Of a stretch of 64,000 bases of DNA, positions 46,901 to 56,230 are shown piece by piece. Source of the stretch: an uncultured Pseudomonadales bacterium (lineage in GTDB: Bacteria > Patescibacteriota > Microgenomatia > UBA1400 > UBA12028); the NCBI GenBank assembly GCA_964509365.1, contig CAZDWN010000002.1:231671-295670 (forward strand). Direction: 5' to 3'. The first letter of the stretch is position 1. Every line of letters begins with the position of its first letter. The translations under genes and the position numbers were made by a program. The notes under the pieces are model-generated. The model was given only the letters and a program-made list of their open reading frames with translations, was not told the origin of the DNA and made no database searches.

Positions 46901-49836
46901 ATTTTCGTAATACTTGCTTCGCCGACGGTGAGATTGCGGACCAGAGTCTTCGCTTTGAGCTCGGATTCAAATTGTGAGGGCCAAGACGGCAAGGTCGCAT
47001 CGACGAGATCACCGACATCGACACCAGGGGTCGCTTTGCGCAGGTCTTGGATCGTGCGGACGGCTTCTCGCATCTCCCCTTCCGCGATCAATTCTGGCGT
47101 CAGTGTCTTATCGAGTGAGACAACCAGCTTTTCTTTGTCGACTTTCTGCTCATATTTTTTGATGTTGGTTTCCGCGAGAATGACTTTCCACACATCATCA
47201 CCTAGTTCCATTGGGACAAAGCCGACGATCTTCGCGAGCGGTTGACGTAGTTTGATACTGTGAGTCTTGCGGATTCGATGTGCATCTTCGACGACACTTT
47301 GAGCGACTTTCATCTCAGATTCGAGTTTGTCATTCATGAAGACTTCCAAATCCACGAGATTTGGCCAGTCAGTCAAGTGAATAGATTCGCCGGATTCACT
47401 GATCCCTTGATAGATGAGCTCTGTGGTGAACGGGATAAATGGTGCAAACAGCTTGCAGAGCGTGACCAAGGCGCGAGCCAAGATGTCTTTGCTCTCTGGA
47501 TACTTGTCTTCTTTGAGCCGTTCTCTCGAGAGTCTGACATACCATGTGGAAAACTCAGCGGTGAAATCCATCAAGAGTCTCGTCGCTAAGACTACATCAT
47601 ATTCATCCATTGCAATCGTGACATCGCGGACGACATGCGCCAGTCGTGAGAGCAACCAACGATCAAGTACATGCAGAGTTGAGAGTTGATAGTTTACGGT
47701 CCTTGCTTTCACTTTCCCCTTTGCGCTTTCCCCTTTGCTCTTCCCGTAGAGCGCATAGAACCCATACACATTCCAGAGAATATTCATCACTTTGTTTTGG
47801 ATCTCATGCACTGACTTCTCAGCAAAATTGAGATTTTCTCCACGCATGATTGGACTGCTCATCAAATACAAACGGAGAGAATCCACTCCATATTTGTTGA
47901 TGACGTCCATCGGATCAGGATAATTTTTCTTACTCTTGCTCATCTTCGTCCCATCTTCAGCGAGGATTGTCCCTGTCGTGAGACTATTCTCAAATGCATT
48001 TGACCCGAAGATCCCGACAGAGAGGACGTGCATGCAGTAAAACCAAGCTCTTGTCTGTGCGATATATTCAGTGATGAACTGCGCCGGATAGGCACCTTCA
48101 AACTTCTCTTTATTTTCAAACGGATAATGGATCTGCGCAAATGGCATCGATCCTGACTCGACCCAACAATCAAACACTTCAAAGATACGTTTTCCTTTGA
48201 TCGTTTTTTCGTCATCGATCCATAGTTCGATATCATCGATGAATTCACGATGAAGATCAGTGACTTGTGAAGCTCTGTTTGGATCCACGGCCCATTTTTT
48301 GAGCTCCTCGACTGATCCAACTACTCTCCAAAGCGGTTTCTTCCCTTGACCCGCCGAAGTCCCGTCCTGCGGGACGGAGGAGGTCCAGATGGGCATTGGT
48401 GTCCCCCAGTATCGACTTCGTGATACATTCCAATCTGGCGCTGTCTCGATCCCTTTGCCAAATCTGCCGTACTTGAGATGTTCAGGGAACCAATTGATAT
48501 TTTCATTGGCAGCGCTCATTGCTGGTTTGAGTGATTGCACATCGATAAACCAAGCAGGCATGGCATTGAAGTAGAGAGGAGTGCCACAGCGATAGCAAAA
48601 TGGATATGAGTGAGTGAAGTGATTGGCATTGAGGACTAGTCCTCGCTGTGTTAAGTCTTCGACGACCCAATTTTCTGATTTTTTATAAAATTGCCCAGCG
48701 AGCGGTGTGACGAAGTCGAAGAATTTTCCCTGATCATCGAGTGTCGGGACGCATGGCAAGTCTCGCTCCAGTGCGAGCTTGTAGTCATCTTCTCCGAAGA
48801 TCGCTGCCGTGTGTACGATACCGGATCCATCCTCAAGACTCACAAAGTCAGCAGTGGTCATGTAGAAGGCTTTTTTTCCTTCCAGTGGCATGTATGGATA
48901 CAGCCGCTCATATTCCATGCCTGCGAGTTCTGATCCTTTTACTGTTTTGATCACTTCGGCTTTCTTGGATCCCAACAGGTGTTCGATGTGTCCAAGTCGC
49001 TCTTTCGCTACCCAGTAGTATTCTTTTTCGTTGGTTTGTTCATTGAGATGCTCGATCATCGAGTACTCAGCATTTGGAAGTACCGCCAATGCGACGTTTC
49101 CCGGCAAGGTCCATGGCGTCGTCGTCCAAGCCACGAAATATGAGTTGAGAGTTGAGAGTTCAGAGTGGAGAGAGTTTTTTTTCACTTTGAACTTTACGTA
49201 GACGCTCCAATCCTCGACATCTTTGTAGGAGTTGTCCATGGCTATTTCAAAGTTTGAGAGTGGCGTACTGCAGCGAGGACAATACAAGATCACTTTTCTT
49301 CCCTGGTAGACGAGACCTTTGTCATAGAGCTGCTTAAATCCCCACCATACGCTCTCCATGAATGTGGAGTCCATGGTTTTGTAGTTATTGTCAAAATCGA
49401 CCCATCGACCAAGACGTTCGATCGTTTTCTTCCATTCCTTATCGTATTTCATGATGGAAGCACGACAAGCAGCGTTGAAGGTATCGATCCCTAGCTCTTC
49501 GATCCCTTTCTTTCCCCCTTTGAGGCCAAGTTCTTTTTCGATGGCGTTCTCGATAGGTACTCCATGACAGTCCCATCCCCATACGCGCTCGACGCGCTTG
49601 CCTTTCATCGTCTGGTAGCGAGGGATGACATCTTTGCTCGTGGAGCTCAACAAATGCCCATAATGTGGTAATCCATTTGCAAATGGAGGCCCATCGTAGA
49701 AAATGTACGGATCATCCGCAGGACGATTCTCAACAGATTTTTTGAATGCATCAGAGTCGTTCCAAAATTGGAGCACTTCTTCTTCAAGTTTCGCAAAATC
49801 CGGTCGCCCTGGTGTATATGAAGGTAGTTTTTTCAT
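46897..49836 (-). CDS. ileS: isoleucyl-tRNA synthetase
   Basis: HIGH (PHYGHLL) and KMSKS motifs. 979 aa. Contains two heptanucleotide-array insertions. Confidence 0.9.
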   Translation of the reverse strand: MKKLPSYTPGRPDFAKLEEEVLQFWNDSDAFKKSVENRPADDPYIFYDGPPFANGLPHYGHLLSSTSKDVIPRYQTMKGKRVERVWGWDCHGVPIENAIEKELGLKGGKKGIEELGIDTFNAACRASIMKYDKEWKKTIERLGRWVDFDNNYKTMDSTFMESVWWGFKQLYDKGLVYQGRKVILYCPRCSTPLSNFEIAMDNSYKDVEDWSVYVKFKVKKNSLHSELSTLNSYFVAWTTTPWTLPGNVALAVLPNAEYSMIEHLNEQTNEKEYYWVAKERLGHIEHLLGSKKAEVIKTVKGSELAGMEYERLYPYMPLEGKKAFYMTTADFVSLEDGSGIVHTAAIFGEDDYKLALERDLPCVPTLDDQGKFFDFVTPLAGQFYKKSENWVVEDLTQRGLVLNANHFTHSYPFCYRCGTPLYFNAMPAWFIDVQSLKPAMSAANENINWFPEHLKYGRFGKGIETAPDWNVSRSRYWGTPMPIWTSSVPQDGTSAGQGKKPLWRVVGSVEELKKWAVDPNRASQVTDLHREFIDDIELWIDDEKTIKGKRIFEVFDCWVESGSMPFAQIHYPFENKEKFEGAYPAQFITEYIAQTRAWFYCMHVLSVGIFGSNAFENSLTTGTILAEDGTKMSKSKKNYPDPMDVINKYGVDSLRLYLMSSPIMRGENLNFAEKSVHEIQNKVMNILWNVYGFYALYGKSKGESAKGKVKARTVNYQLSTLHVLDRWLLSRLAHVVRDVTIAMDEYDVVLATRLLMDFTAEFSTWYVRLSRERLKEDKYPESKDILARALVTLCKLFAPFIPFTTELIYQGISESGESIHLTDWPNLVDLEVFMNDKLESEMKVAQSVVEDAHRIRKTHSIKLRQPLAKIVGFVPMELGDDVWKVILAETNIKKYEQKVDKEKLVVSLDKTLTPELIAEGEMREAVRTIQDLRKATPGVDVGDLVDATLPSWPSQFESELKAKTLVRNLTVGEASITKI
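47706..47747. repeat. About 5-6 x 7-nt tandem array (TTTCCCC TTTGCGC TTTCCCC TTTGCTC TTCCCGT) inside ileS
   Basis: Direct reading of the sequence. It encodes YGKSKGESAKGKVKA in-frame. Confidence 0.7.
49142..49176. repeat. 5 x 7-nt tandem array (GAGTTGA GAGTTGA GAGTTCA GAGTGGA GAGAGTT) inside ileS
   Basis: Direct reading of the sequence. It encodes KKNSLHSELSTLNSY in-frame. Confidence 0.75.
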
Positions 49837-49861
49837 ACGTATGTCTAGCCTATTTTAGGTA

Positions 49862-49892
49862 TAAAAAAAGCACTCCACAATAGAGTGCTTAA
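49862..49892 (-). terminator. Terminator-like hairpin plus U-run in the ileS 5' leader (AAGCACUC-UAUUGUG-GAGUGCUU UUUUUU)
   Basis: Read on the minus strand. It lies only about 25 nt upstream of the ileS start codon. Confidence 0.55.
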
Positions 49893-50038
49893 GGATCCGA
49901 CTCTCGCCAGATGTACCGTCCTAAAAATCTTTTCCAGCGATTACGGGCATACCCGAGGGGTTTTACTTGTTTTCTTCCCCCAGCTTGATTGGTGATAGCC
50001 AATCTCAAACGCTTTTGAAACTGTAGTATAGCAGAAAA

Positions 50039-50299
50039 CTAGTCCTCACTCAAAAAAACCTTGATTTTCTCGATTCCTGGATGCGGGTCTCGAATGTGGC
50101 TCACAAGCTTTCCTTTGTGCGCAGGCGATTGAGTTACCTGGTCCATATACGATTGCGCCATTGCAAAAAGAAAAAAGACATCTGATTGATTGATTTCACC
50201 AGCAAGCAGTCTTTCAGAAAATCCTTCAGGTTCACTTCCGCTGCTTGTATGCTTCAAAAGACTGTCTACAGGAATAGAAAAAGGTTTTCCTTCAGGCAT
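50039..50299 (-). CDS. hypothetical small protein (86 aa) translationally linked downstream of ftsZ
   Basis: GGGAGA/AAGGAAA ribosome-binding site 12 nt after the ftsZ stop. Confidence 0.45.
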   Translation of the reverse strand: MPEGKPFSIPVDSLLKHTSSGSEPEGFSERLLAGEINQSDVFFLFAMAQSYMDQVTQSPAHKGKLVSHIRDPHPGIEKIKVFLSED

Positions 50300-50311
50300 A
50301 AATTTCCTTTC

Positions 50312-51589
50312 TTATCTCCCTTGTCTTAGGAATGCAGGGATATCAAACTCATCATCCAGATCATCAGGCTTGCGCTTGGCAGGCTCTGGCGCAGCCACCG
50401 GCTCTGGAGCTCGCTGGGTCGGTTGCGAGCTAAATTGACTTGGCATTGAGTTTTGAGGTTGAGACGAAAAGATTGATACGGGTTGCGGCGCTGGCTGCAC
50501 CGGTAGACCTTGGCTGTATTGTGTCGGCGAATTGGCTTGTGGAGGAGCGGAAAATGTCGGAGCTGGATTTGCATTTGGTTGCCCAAAGTTGCCAAATGAT
50601 CGACGCATGAATCCAGCTCCATACTTAAATCGATTTTCATCAAATCCAGTGGCGATCACCGAGATCTTGAGATTGTTTCCCATTTTTTCGTCGACCGTCG
50701 CCCCAAAAATGATATTGGCGTCAGGATCACTTGCTTGCGTGATGACTTGTGATGCCTCGGCAATTTCTTGCAGTCCCATGTCGGCGCCGCCAGTGATGAT
50801 GTACAGGACGCCCTTGGCTCCTTCGATCGAGACTTCTAAAAGTGGCGATGAGATTGCAGCTCGCGCTGCCGTCGTGGCTCGGTTTTCTCCACTCGCTTGA
50901 CCGATACCCATGAGTGCAGTGCCCGAGTCACTCATGATCGTCTTCACATCCGCAAAGTCGACGTTGACCAATCCTGGGACGGTGATGAGATCAGAGATAC
51001 CTTGGACGCCTTGCCCCAAGATATTGTCAGCAAGCCTAAAAGCATCCATGAGCGTCATCTTCCGATCGACGACATCAAGCAATCGTTGATTTGGGATGAC
51101 GATCAGCGTATCGACTTTGTCTTTGAGCAACTCGATTCCCTCTTCCGCCACCGTTCCTCGACGCACTCCCTCAAATCCAAATGGTTTGGTGACGACAGCG
51201 ACAGTGAGCGCTCCTGACTCTTTTGCTACTTCAGCGATGATAGGTGACGCTCCAGTACCAGTGCCTCCGCCCATGCCAGAGGTGATGAACACCATGTCAG
51301 TGTCGTAGAGGAGTTCTTTGATCTTCTCGCGTGACTCTTCGGCTGCTTGCCTACCGACTTCTGGATCAGCTCCAGACCCCAGTCCGCGAGTAAAATTGTT
51401 CCCAATTTGAAGTTTTGTCTCTGCTTTATTGTTCAATAGCGCTTGTACATCCGTATTGATCGCTACAAATTCGACGCCACCAATTTGGCTCGATTGAATC
51501 ATGGAGTTGATTGCGTTGCCTCCACCACCGCCGACGCCAAGTACTTTAATTTTTGCAAACTGATTATTGGTTGGTTTTACGAGTGCCAT
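50312..51589 (-). CDS. ftsZ: cell division GTPase FtsZ
   Basis: GGGTGTG tubulin signature and a Q/P/S-rich C-terminal linker. Confidence 0.95.
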   Translation of the reverse strand: MALVKPTNNQFAKIKVLGVGGGGGNAINSMIQSSQIGGVEFVAINTDVQALLNNKAETKLQIGNNFTRGLGSGADPEVGRQAAEESREKIKELLYDTDMVFITSGMGGGTGTGASPIIAEVAKESGALTVAVVTKPFGFEGVRRGTVAEEGIELLKDKVDTLIVIPNQRLLDVVDRKMTLMDAFRLADNILGQGVQGISDLITVPGLVNVDFADVKTIMSDSGTALMGIGQASGENRATTAARAAISSPLLEVSIEGAKGVLYIITGGADMGLQEIAEASQVITQASDPDANIIFGATVDEKMGNNLKISVIATGFDENRFKYGAGFMRRSFGNFGQPNANPAPTFSAPPQANSPTQYSQGLPVQPAPQPVSIFSSQPQNSMPSQFSSQPTQRAPEPVAAPEPAKRKPDDLDDEFDIPAFLRQGR

Positions 51590-51784
51590 AGAATTATTTC
51601 TAGTGTACCAGCTTTGCGCGTCTTTACTAAGAGATGTTTATGTTTTTATAGATCAATGCTTTTTATATATTCGAACAGTATTTGAGTTCGAAAAAGAGAA
51701 AAGCACAAATCATTCCCAAATTTGGCCCATCATAATCACTAAGGAAATCTTTTGCAAGAGAGAAAAAAATCTTGAATTGGCAAT

Positions 51785-51890
51785 GTCATCCTGAGCACTC
51801 AAGTGTACTCACATGAGGGTCGAATGGATAGTTTTCGAAAACTATCTTTCGGCTACCATGCTCGTGCCTCGCTTAGTCGCTCAAGATGAC
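51785..51890. repeat. Structured repeat element copy B plus an inverted partial second copy (head-to-head), intergenic between ftsA and ftsZ
   Basis: GTCATCCTGAGC, then CTCAAGTG-tact-CACATGAG, then GGTCGAATGGATAGTTTTC. This is followed by GAAAACTATC...GCTCAAGATGAC, the inverted termini. Confidence 0.7.
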
Positions 51891-51908
51891 AAACAATAAT
51901 GGAGGACG

Positions 51909-53237
51909 TTAGGGTAATAGTGATTTAAGAAGACTGACGATCTTGCCGCCAGCTCCCCCAGCTTTTGAAGAAAAGACTGAAGCCAAGCTGCCAGTATTGA
52001 ATTTCGATCCGCCACCACTTCCTCGTTTGATCTCTTCACCGCCTTTTTGTCTGCCATACAGTACCAGCCCGACCGATGCAGCGTACTGTGGATTCTCTAT
52101 GTCTTCAAGTAATCCCGTTACTCCACTTGGAGCACCGACGCGAGTCGATAGAGATAGCGTTCGTTTGCAGACTTCCACGATACCAGCAGTTTGTGCACCA
52201 CCACCAGTGAGCACGACTCCAGCGGGGACGAGTGAAAACAATTTTTCTTTTTCGAGTTCTTTTCCGACCATCTCAAAGATCTCTCGCATGCGAGGAAGCA
52301 TGATATTATCGATGACGACTTTTCGTGACAAGCGTTCGACTTCCGGGATACCGACTGCGCGCGAATCGATTTCATCTTCTCTGCGAAGTCGCTCTCGCTT
52401 TTGATCTCTCGTCTCTCCTTCTGGCCCAGGCGATGACTCGCCGACCATAGTCGACATAAAGAGTTTGAGTTTTTCGGCGGAGGCAAGACTGACGTGGGTA
52501 CCAAGGGCGATATCTTGAGTGATATGTCGAGCTCCGATCGGGAGCACACTTGAATACGTGAGCGCTCCTTCGACAAACACCGCCATTGAAGTAGATCCTG
52601 CACCGATGTCGAGTAAGACTACTCCCAACTCTTTTTCGGTCTCAGTGAGCGTAGAGAGGGACGCCGCGAGCCCACTAAACACAAATCCACTGACGCTGAC
52701 TCCCACTTCAGAGAGACATTTCGTGACATTGCGTAGCGCGATCGATGAGACCGTGATGATATGAGCCTCAGCCTCCAGACGGATTCCACTCATACCGACG
52801 GGGTCTTTGATCCCTTCCTGGCCATCGACCTGAAACTCACGAGGGATGACATGGACGATTTCACGTGAGGATGGTAAGGAGATCGCGCGTGCAGCTTCGA
52901 TCACTCGATCGACATCCGATGGTGAGATCTCCCCATCTGGATTCGCAACCGCGACGACACCCTTGGAATTTTGACTGCTGACTTGACTGCCTGAGATGGA
53001 GACGTATGCGCTTGAGACGCCAAAGCCTGCCATCCGCTCCGCGCTATCGAGCGACTGCGTGATGCATTCGATGGCATCATCAAGATCGATAATTTGACTT
53101 TTTTTTATGCCACGACTGGGAATACTCGAGATGCCTAAGACTTGGAGATTATCGTTTTCAGCCGACGTCCCGACGATGAGTGTGCACACTTTTTCGGTTC
53201 CGATGTCGATAGCGGTGAGGACGGTTTGTTTAGGCAT
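51909..53237 (-). CDS. ftsA: cell division protein FtsA
   Basis: Actin-fold motifs LTAIDIGT and VLTGGGA. Confidence 0.9.
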   Translation of the reverse strand: MPKQTVLTAIDIGTEKVCTLIVGTSAENDNLQVLGISSIPSRGIKKSQIIDLDDAIECITQSLDSAERMAGFGVSSAYVSISGSQVSSQNSKGVVAVANPDGEISPSDVDRVIEAARAISLPSSREIVHVIPREFQVDGQEGIKDPVGMSGIRLEAEAHIITVSSIALRNVTKCLSEVGVSVSGFVFSGLAASLSTLTETEKELGVVLLDIGAGSTSMAVFVEGALTYSSVLPIGARHITQDIALGTHVSLASAEKLKLFMSTMVGESSPGPEGETRDQKRERLRREDEIDSRAVGIPEVERLSRKVVIDNIMLPRMREIFEMVGKELEKEKLFSLVPAGVVLTGGGAQTAGIVEVCKRTLSLSTRVGAPSGVTGLLEDIENPQYAASVGLVLYGRQKGGEEIKRGSGGGSKFNTGSLASVFSSKAGGAGGKIVSLLKSLLP

Positions 53238-53241
53238 GTAA

Positions 53242-53964
53242 CTAATTGCTATACTGCAGGACTGGTCGATCAAATCGTAAATCTACTCGAGCAGGTTTCT
53301 GTTCTATTGTAGGGCTCACGAGAAGTAATTGTAAAGAGTGAAGCTGCTCATCCAATGATGATTGAGAGACGATGGCTGTGAGCTTTCGCTCGGTATCGAT
53401 CTCGATCTCATCACTCTTGCGGATCACAATTTGACTCACCGATGTGGTTTTACAAAACTCCAGAAGTTTAGTATACACGGCATACTTGTCTTGCGACAGC
53501 ACCGTGGCGTCATCAAGGGCAGAGAGAGTAAGATCAGTAATAGCAAGAGTTGCTGAGGGACTGCTGAGGGCGTCAGCTGGCGTCCGCTTCATGGTGAGGT
53601 CAGTGTAGACGACGGCAGCTGATTGTCGTGCTTCGTCAGTAAATATAGTCGTGAGGGTCTCTTGATTTTGAATGTGCACTTGTATCGTTTGAGGATACTT
53701 CTTACGGATAAACACTTTTTTCCCAAGTATTTTCGGAGTCATCGTCTCAAATAAAGACCTCCCTTTGTACATCGAAAGCGTATCCATAAACGACATATCA
53801 CATTGTTGGCCATCCTGCGTGCATTCGATGTTCACTACCCGAAAATAGCGATACACACTAAAAGTGCCAAGCAGAAGACAGACAAGTACCAGCCCAATGG
53901 TCGCAAGAAGCAGTGGAGAGAAATGGAACTTGCGAGATGAATGTTGGTACACACGGGAAGCCAT
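53242..53964 (-). CDS. ftsQ: FtsQ/DivIB-like cell division protein
   Basis: N-terminal TM helix, POTRA-like region, and a position between murG and ftsA. Confidence 0.6.
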   Translation of the reverse strand: MASRVYQHSSRKFHFSPLLLATIGLVLVCLLLGTFSVYRYFRVVNIECTQDGQQCDMSFMDTLSMYKGRSLFETMTPKILGKKVFIRKKYPQTIQVHIQNQETLTTIFTDEARQSAAVVYTDLTMKRTPADALSSPSATLAITDLTLSALDDATVLSQDKYAVYTKLLEFCKTTSVSQIVIRKSDEIEIDTERKLTAIVSQSSLDEQLHSLQLLLVSPTIEQKPARVDLRFDRPVLQYSN

Positions 53965-53968
53965 CCCA

Positions 53969-55078
53969 TCATTCTAGCAGTTTTATCAGACGATTCGTCC
54001 CGTTCTTGATAAGAAGATTTGATTCTTCTCCCATGTGTTTTTTATACTCGTCGTAGCTGCGATCCATCTCCACGATACTGCTCCACAACGTTTCAGGCAA
54101 CAAATCTTTTTGATGAATGAGTTTTGCAGCGCCGACATGCACGAGATGCGAGGCATTCTTGTATTGCTCGTCTTTGTATGCGAATGCGAGAGGGATAAAG
54201 ATGGCGGGCGTGGCCGCAAGTATGAGCTCTTGGACCGTATTGGCTCCAGCTCGGCTGACGACGATTCGTGCATTACGAAGCAAGTAACTCACCTCACGCT
54301 CTTCGATCCATTCTCTGACCGTATAATTATCTTGTACTTCGGAAGGAAGTTTCAAGCGCTCTGTCTCCAAGTCTTTCATTACTTGAAAATCGACGGAGAC
54401 TCCACATTGATGGACGACGTAATACTCTCTGACGAGTTTTGGCAAAATCGACACAATTGTTTGATTGATGACATGGGAGCCTTGCGATCCTCCGGTGACA
54501 TACAAAATTGGTTTGGTTTTTTGAGCTCCCGTAAACCATGATGGAGCAGTCTTGTACTCACGAAACAACACTTCTCGGATCGGATTACCGGTGACGATTG
54601 TTTTCCCAGGCAAGAAATATTGGATTGAATCTTCATGAGCCACTGCCACTTTGTCTGCGATCCAGCCGATCACTTGATTTGCCAATCCAGCGACTCGCGT
54701 CTGCTCATGAGTGATCACTTTCGCACCAAAGAGTTTACCGATGAGACATGCAGGAAATGCGAGGTATCCTCCAAATGAAAGCACCACATCAGGTTTTACT
54801 TTCTTGTATTCACTCGCAACTTGCCACAAAGATTGGGGAAACTTTAGTATTTCAAAGAGATTCTCAAATACATGTGTTCTGTGAAATTTCGAAGCTTGAA
54901 TTGGAACAAAGCGAATGTGTCGATCCTCGATCTCCTGACGTTCTCGTGAAATTTGCCCCGTTTTTGTTTGAGAGAATTCTCGACCGAAAAAAATGATCGT
55001 GGATTCATTGCGTTTTTGCAATTCATCGATGACCGCGAGCGCGGGAGTGAGATGACCACCGGTTATATAAATAGTCAT
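53969..55078 (-). CDS. murG: undecaprenyldiphospho-muramoylpentapeptide beta-N-acetylglucosaminyltransferase
   Basis: MTIYITGGHLTPALAV N-terminus and dcw-cluster context. Confidence 0.85.
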   Translation of the reverse strand: MTIYITGGHLTPALAVIDELQKRNESTIIFFGREFSQTKTGQISRERQEIEDRHIRFVPIQASKFHRTHVFENLFEILKFPQSLWQVASEYKKVKPDVVLSFGGYLAFPACLIGKLFGAKVITHEQTRVAGLANQVIGWIADKVAVAHEDSIQYFLPGKTIVTGNPIREVLFREYKTAPSWFTGAQKTKPILYVTGGSQGSHVINQTIVSILPKLVREYYVVHQCGVSVDFQVMKDLETERLKLPSEVQDNYTVREWIEEREVSYLLRNARIVVSRAGANTVQELILAATPAIFIPLAFAYKDEQYKNASHLVHVGAAKLIHQKDLLPETLWSSIVEMDRSYDEYKKHMGEESNLLIKNGTNRLIKLLE

Positions 55079-55080
55079 AG

Positions 55081-56220
55081 TTATGTACGGTTATTTGTGT
55101 AGCGACGCCCTTTTGAGAGGTGAGATCGCGACGACGCTTCCGATTCGACTGGGATACCGATCAAGATCCCCACTGCACTACACAGTGACAACAGCGCGGT
55201 GCCCCCATACGAGATAAATGGGAGGGGTACACCGGTCAGCGGAATCAGCGCGACGACAGAGCTTAAATTGACGAGGACTTGGGCAGCGATCCACGTCATG
55301 ATGCCAGTACCAAGGAGGTACGATTGCTCATCGTCATGCACTGCCCTGACTTTTTCCCCCACCTTCGAGCAGAGTGCGATGTATCCGATAATAATGATAC
55401 CACATCCCACAAACCCAAACTCTTCCGCCAAGATCGCAAAGATCGAGTCCGTACTGGCTTCGGGGATGTAGCGATACTTTTGCTTGGATTTCCCGAGACC
55501 TTGGCCAAAAAGCCCGCCATTTCCAAGTGCGATGGTGATTTGATGGATGTGATATGACTTTCCCTGGGGATCACTGTCAGGATCAAGAAAAGTCGTGACC
55601 CGTTGCATGCGATACGGAGAGATAGCGATCAAAATGAGGATGCCAAGTCCCCCGCCGACTGCCAACCACGCCAAATGCTTCAGCGGCTTGCCCGCGACGA
55701 CATACATGCCGGTCGCGATCGAGAGAATGATCAGCCCACTTCCGAGATCCGGCTGCAGCATAATGAGTCCAAACATCCCGCCGACTAGAAGCGCGAAGCT
55801 CAAAAACCTGCGAGGTTTGGTCAGCCAAGTAGAGAGATAGAGCACCAGTCCCATCTTCATGAGTTCGGATGGTTGGAATGAAAATCCAGCGAGCGAGATC
55901 CATCGCCTGGCTCCTCCTATCCGTACCCCAAGCCCTGGGATCAAGACTCCAATGAGCAGCAACAGTGCCACACCAAATATCAGCGGACCGACCTTGAGCC
56001 AAAATGAAGTTGGAATTTTTGAGACGATAAAGAGAGCGATGATCGATATCGCAGCCCAGAGTGCTTGCGACCGTACGTAGTAAAACGAATCATGAAATGT
56101 CACAAAACTCTCGACGACCGAGACGTTGTACACCATGAGCACTCCGAAGAGAATGAAGCCGAGGACAAATGCCAGTATGGTCCAGTTCCATGACCGTACG
56201 ATGCGGAGGGCAGCTGTCAT
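55081..56220 (-). CDS. ftsW: SEDS protein FtsW (lipid II polymerase)
   Basis: SEDS motifs and a position between murD and murG. Confidence 0.8.
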   Translation of the reverse strand: MTAALRIVRSWNWTILAFVLGFILFGVLMVYNVSVVESFVTFHDSFYYVRSQALWAAISIIALFIVSKIPTSFWLKVGPLIFGVALLLLIGVLIPGLGVRIGGARRWISLAGFSFQPSELMKMGLVLYLSTWLTKPRRFLSFALLVGGMFGLIMLQPDLGSGLIILSIATGMYVVAGKPLKHLAWLAVGGGLGILILIAISPYRMQRVTTFLDPDSDPQGKSYHIHQITIALGNGGLFGQGLGKSKQKYRYIPEASTDSIFAILAEEFGFVGCGIIIIGYIALCSKVGEKVRAVHDDEQSYLLGTGIMTWIAAQVLVNLSSVVALIPLTGVPLPFISYGGTALLSLCSAVGILIGIPVESEASSRSHLSKGRRYTNNRT

Positions 56221-56230
56221 AGTTCCCTCC

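Noticed and set aside
49837-50038. Canonical T-box riboswitch in the ileS leader
   Set aside because: The conserved T-box sequence AGGGUGGNACCGCG is not present on either strand. Only a terminator-like hairpin is supported.
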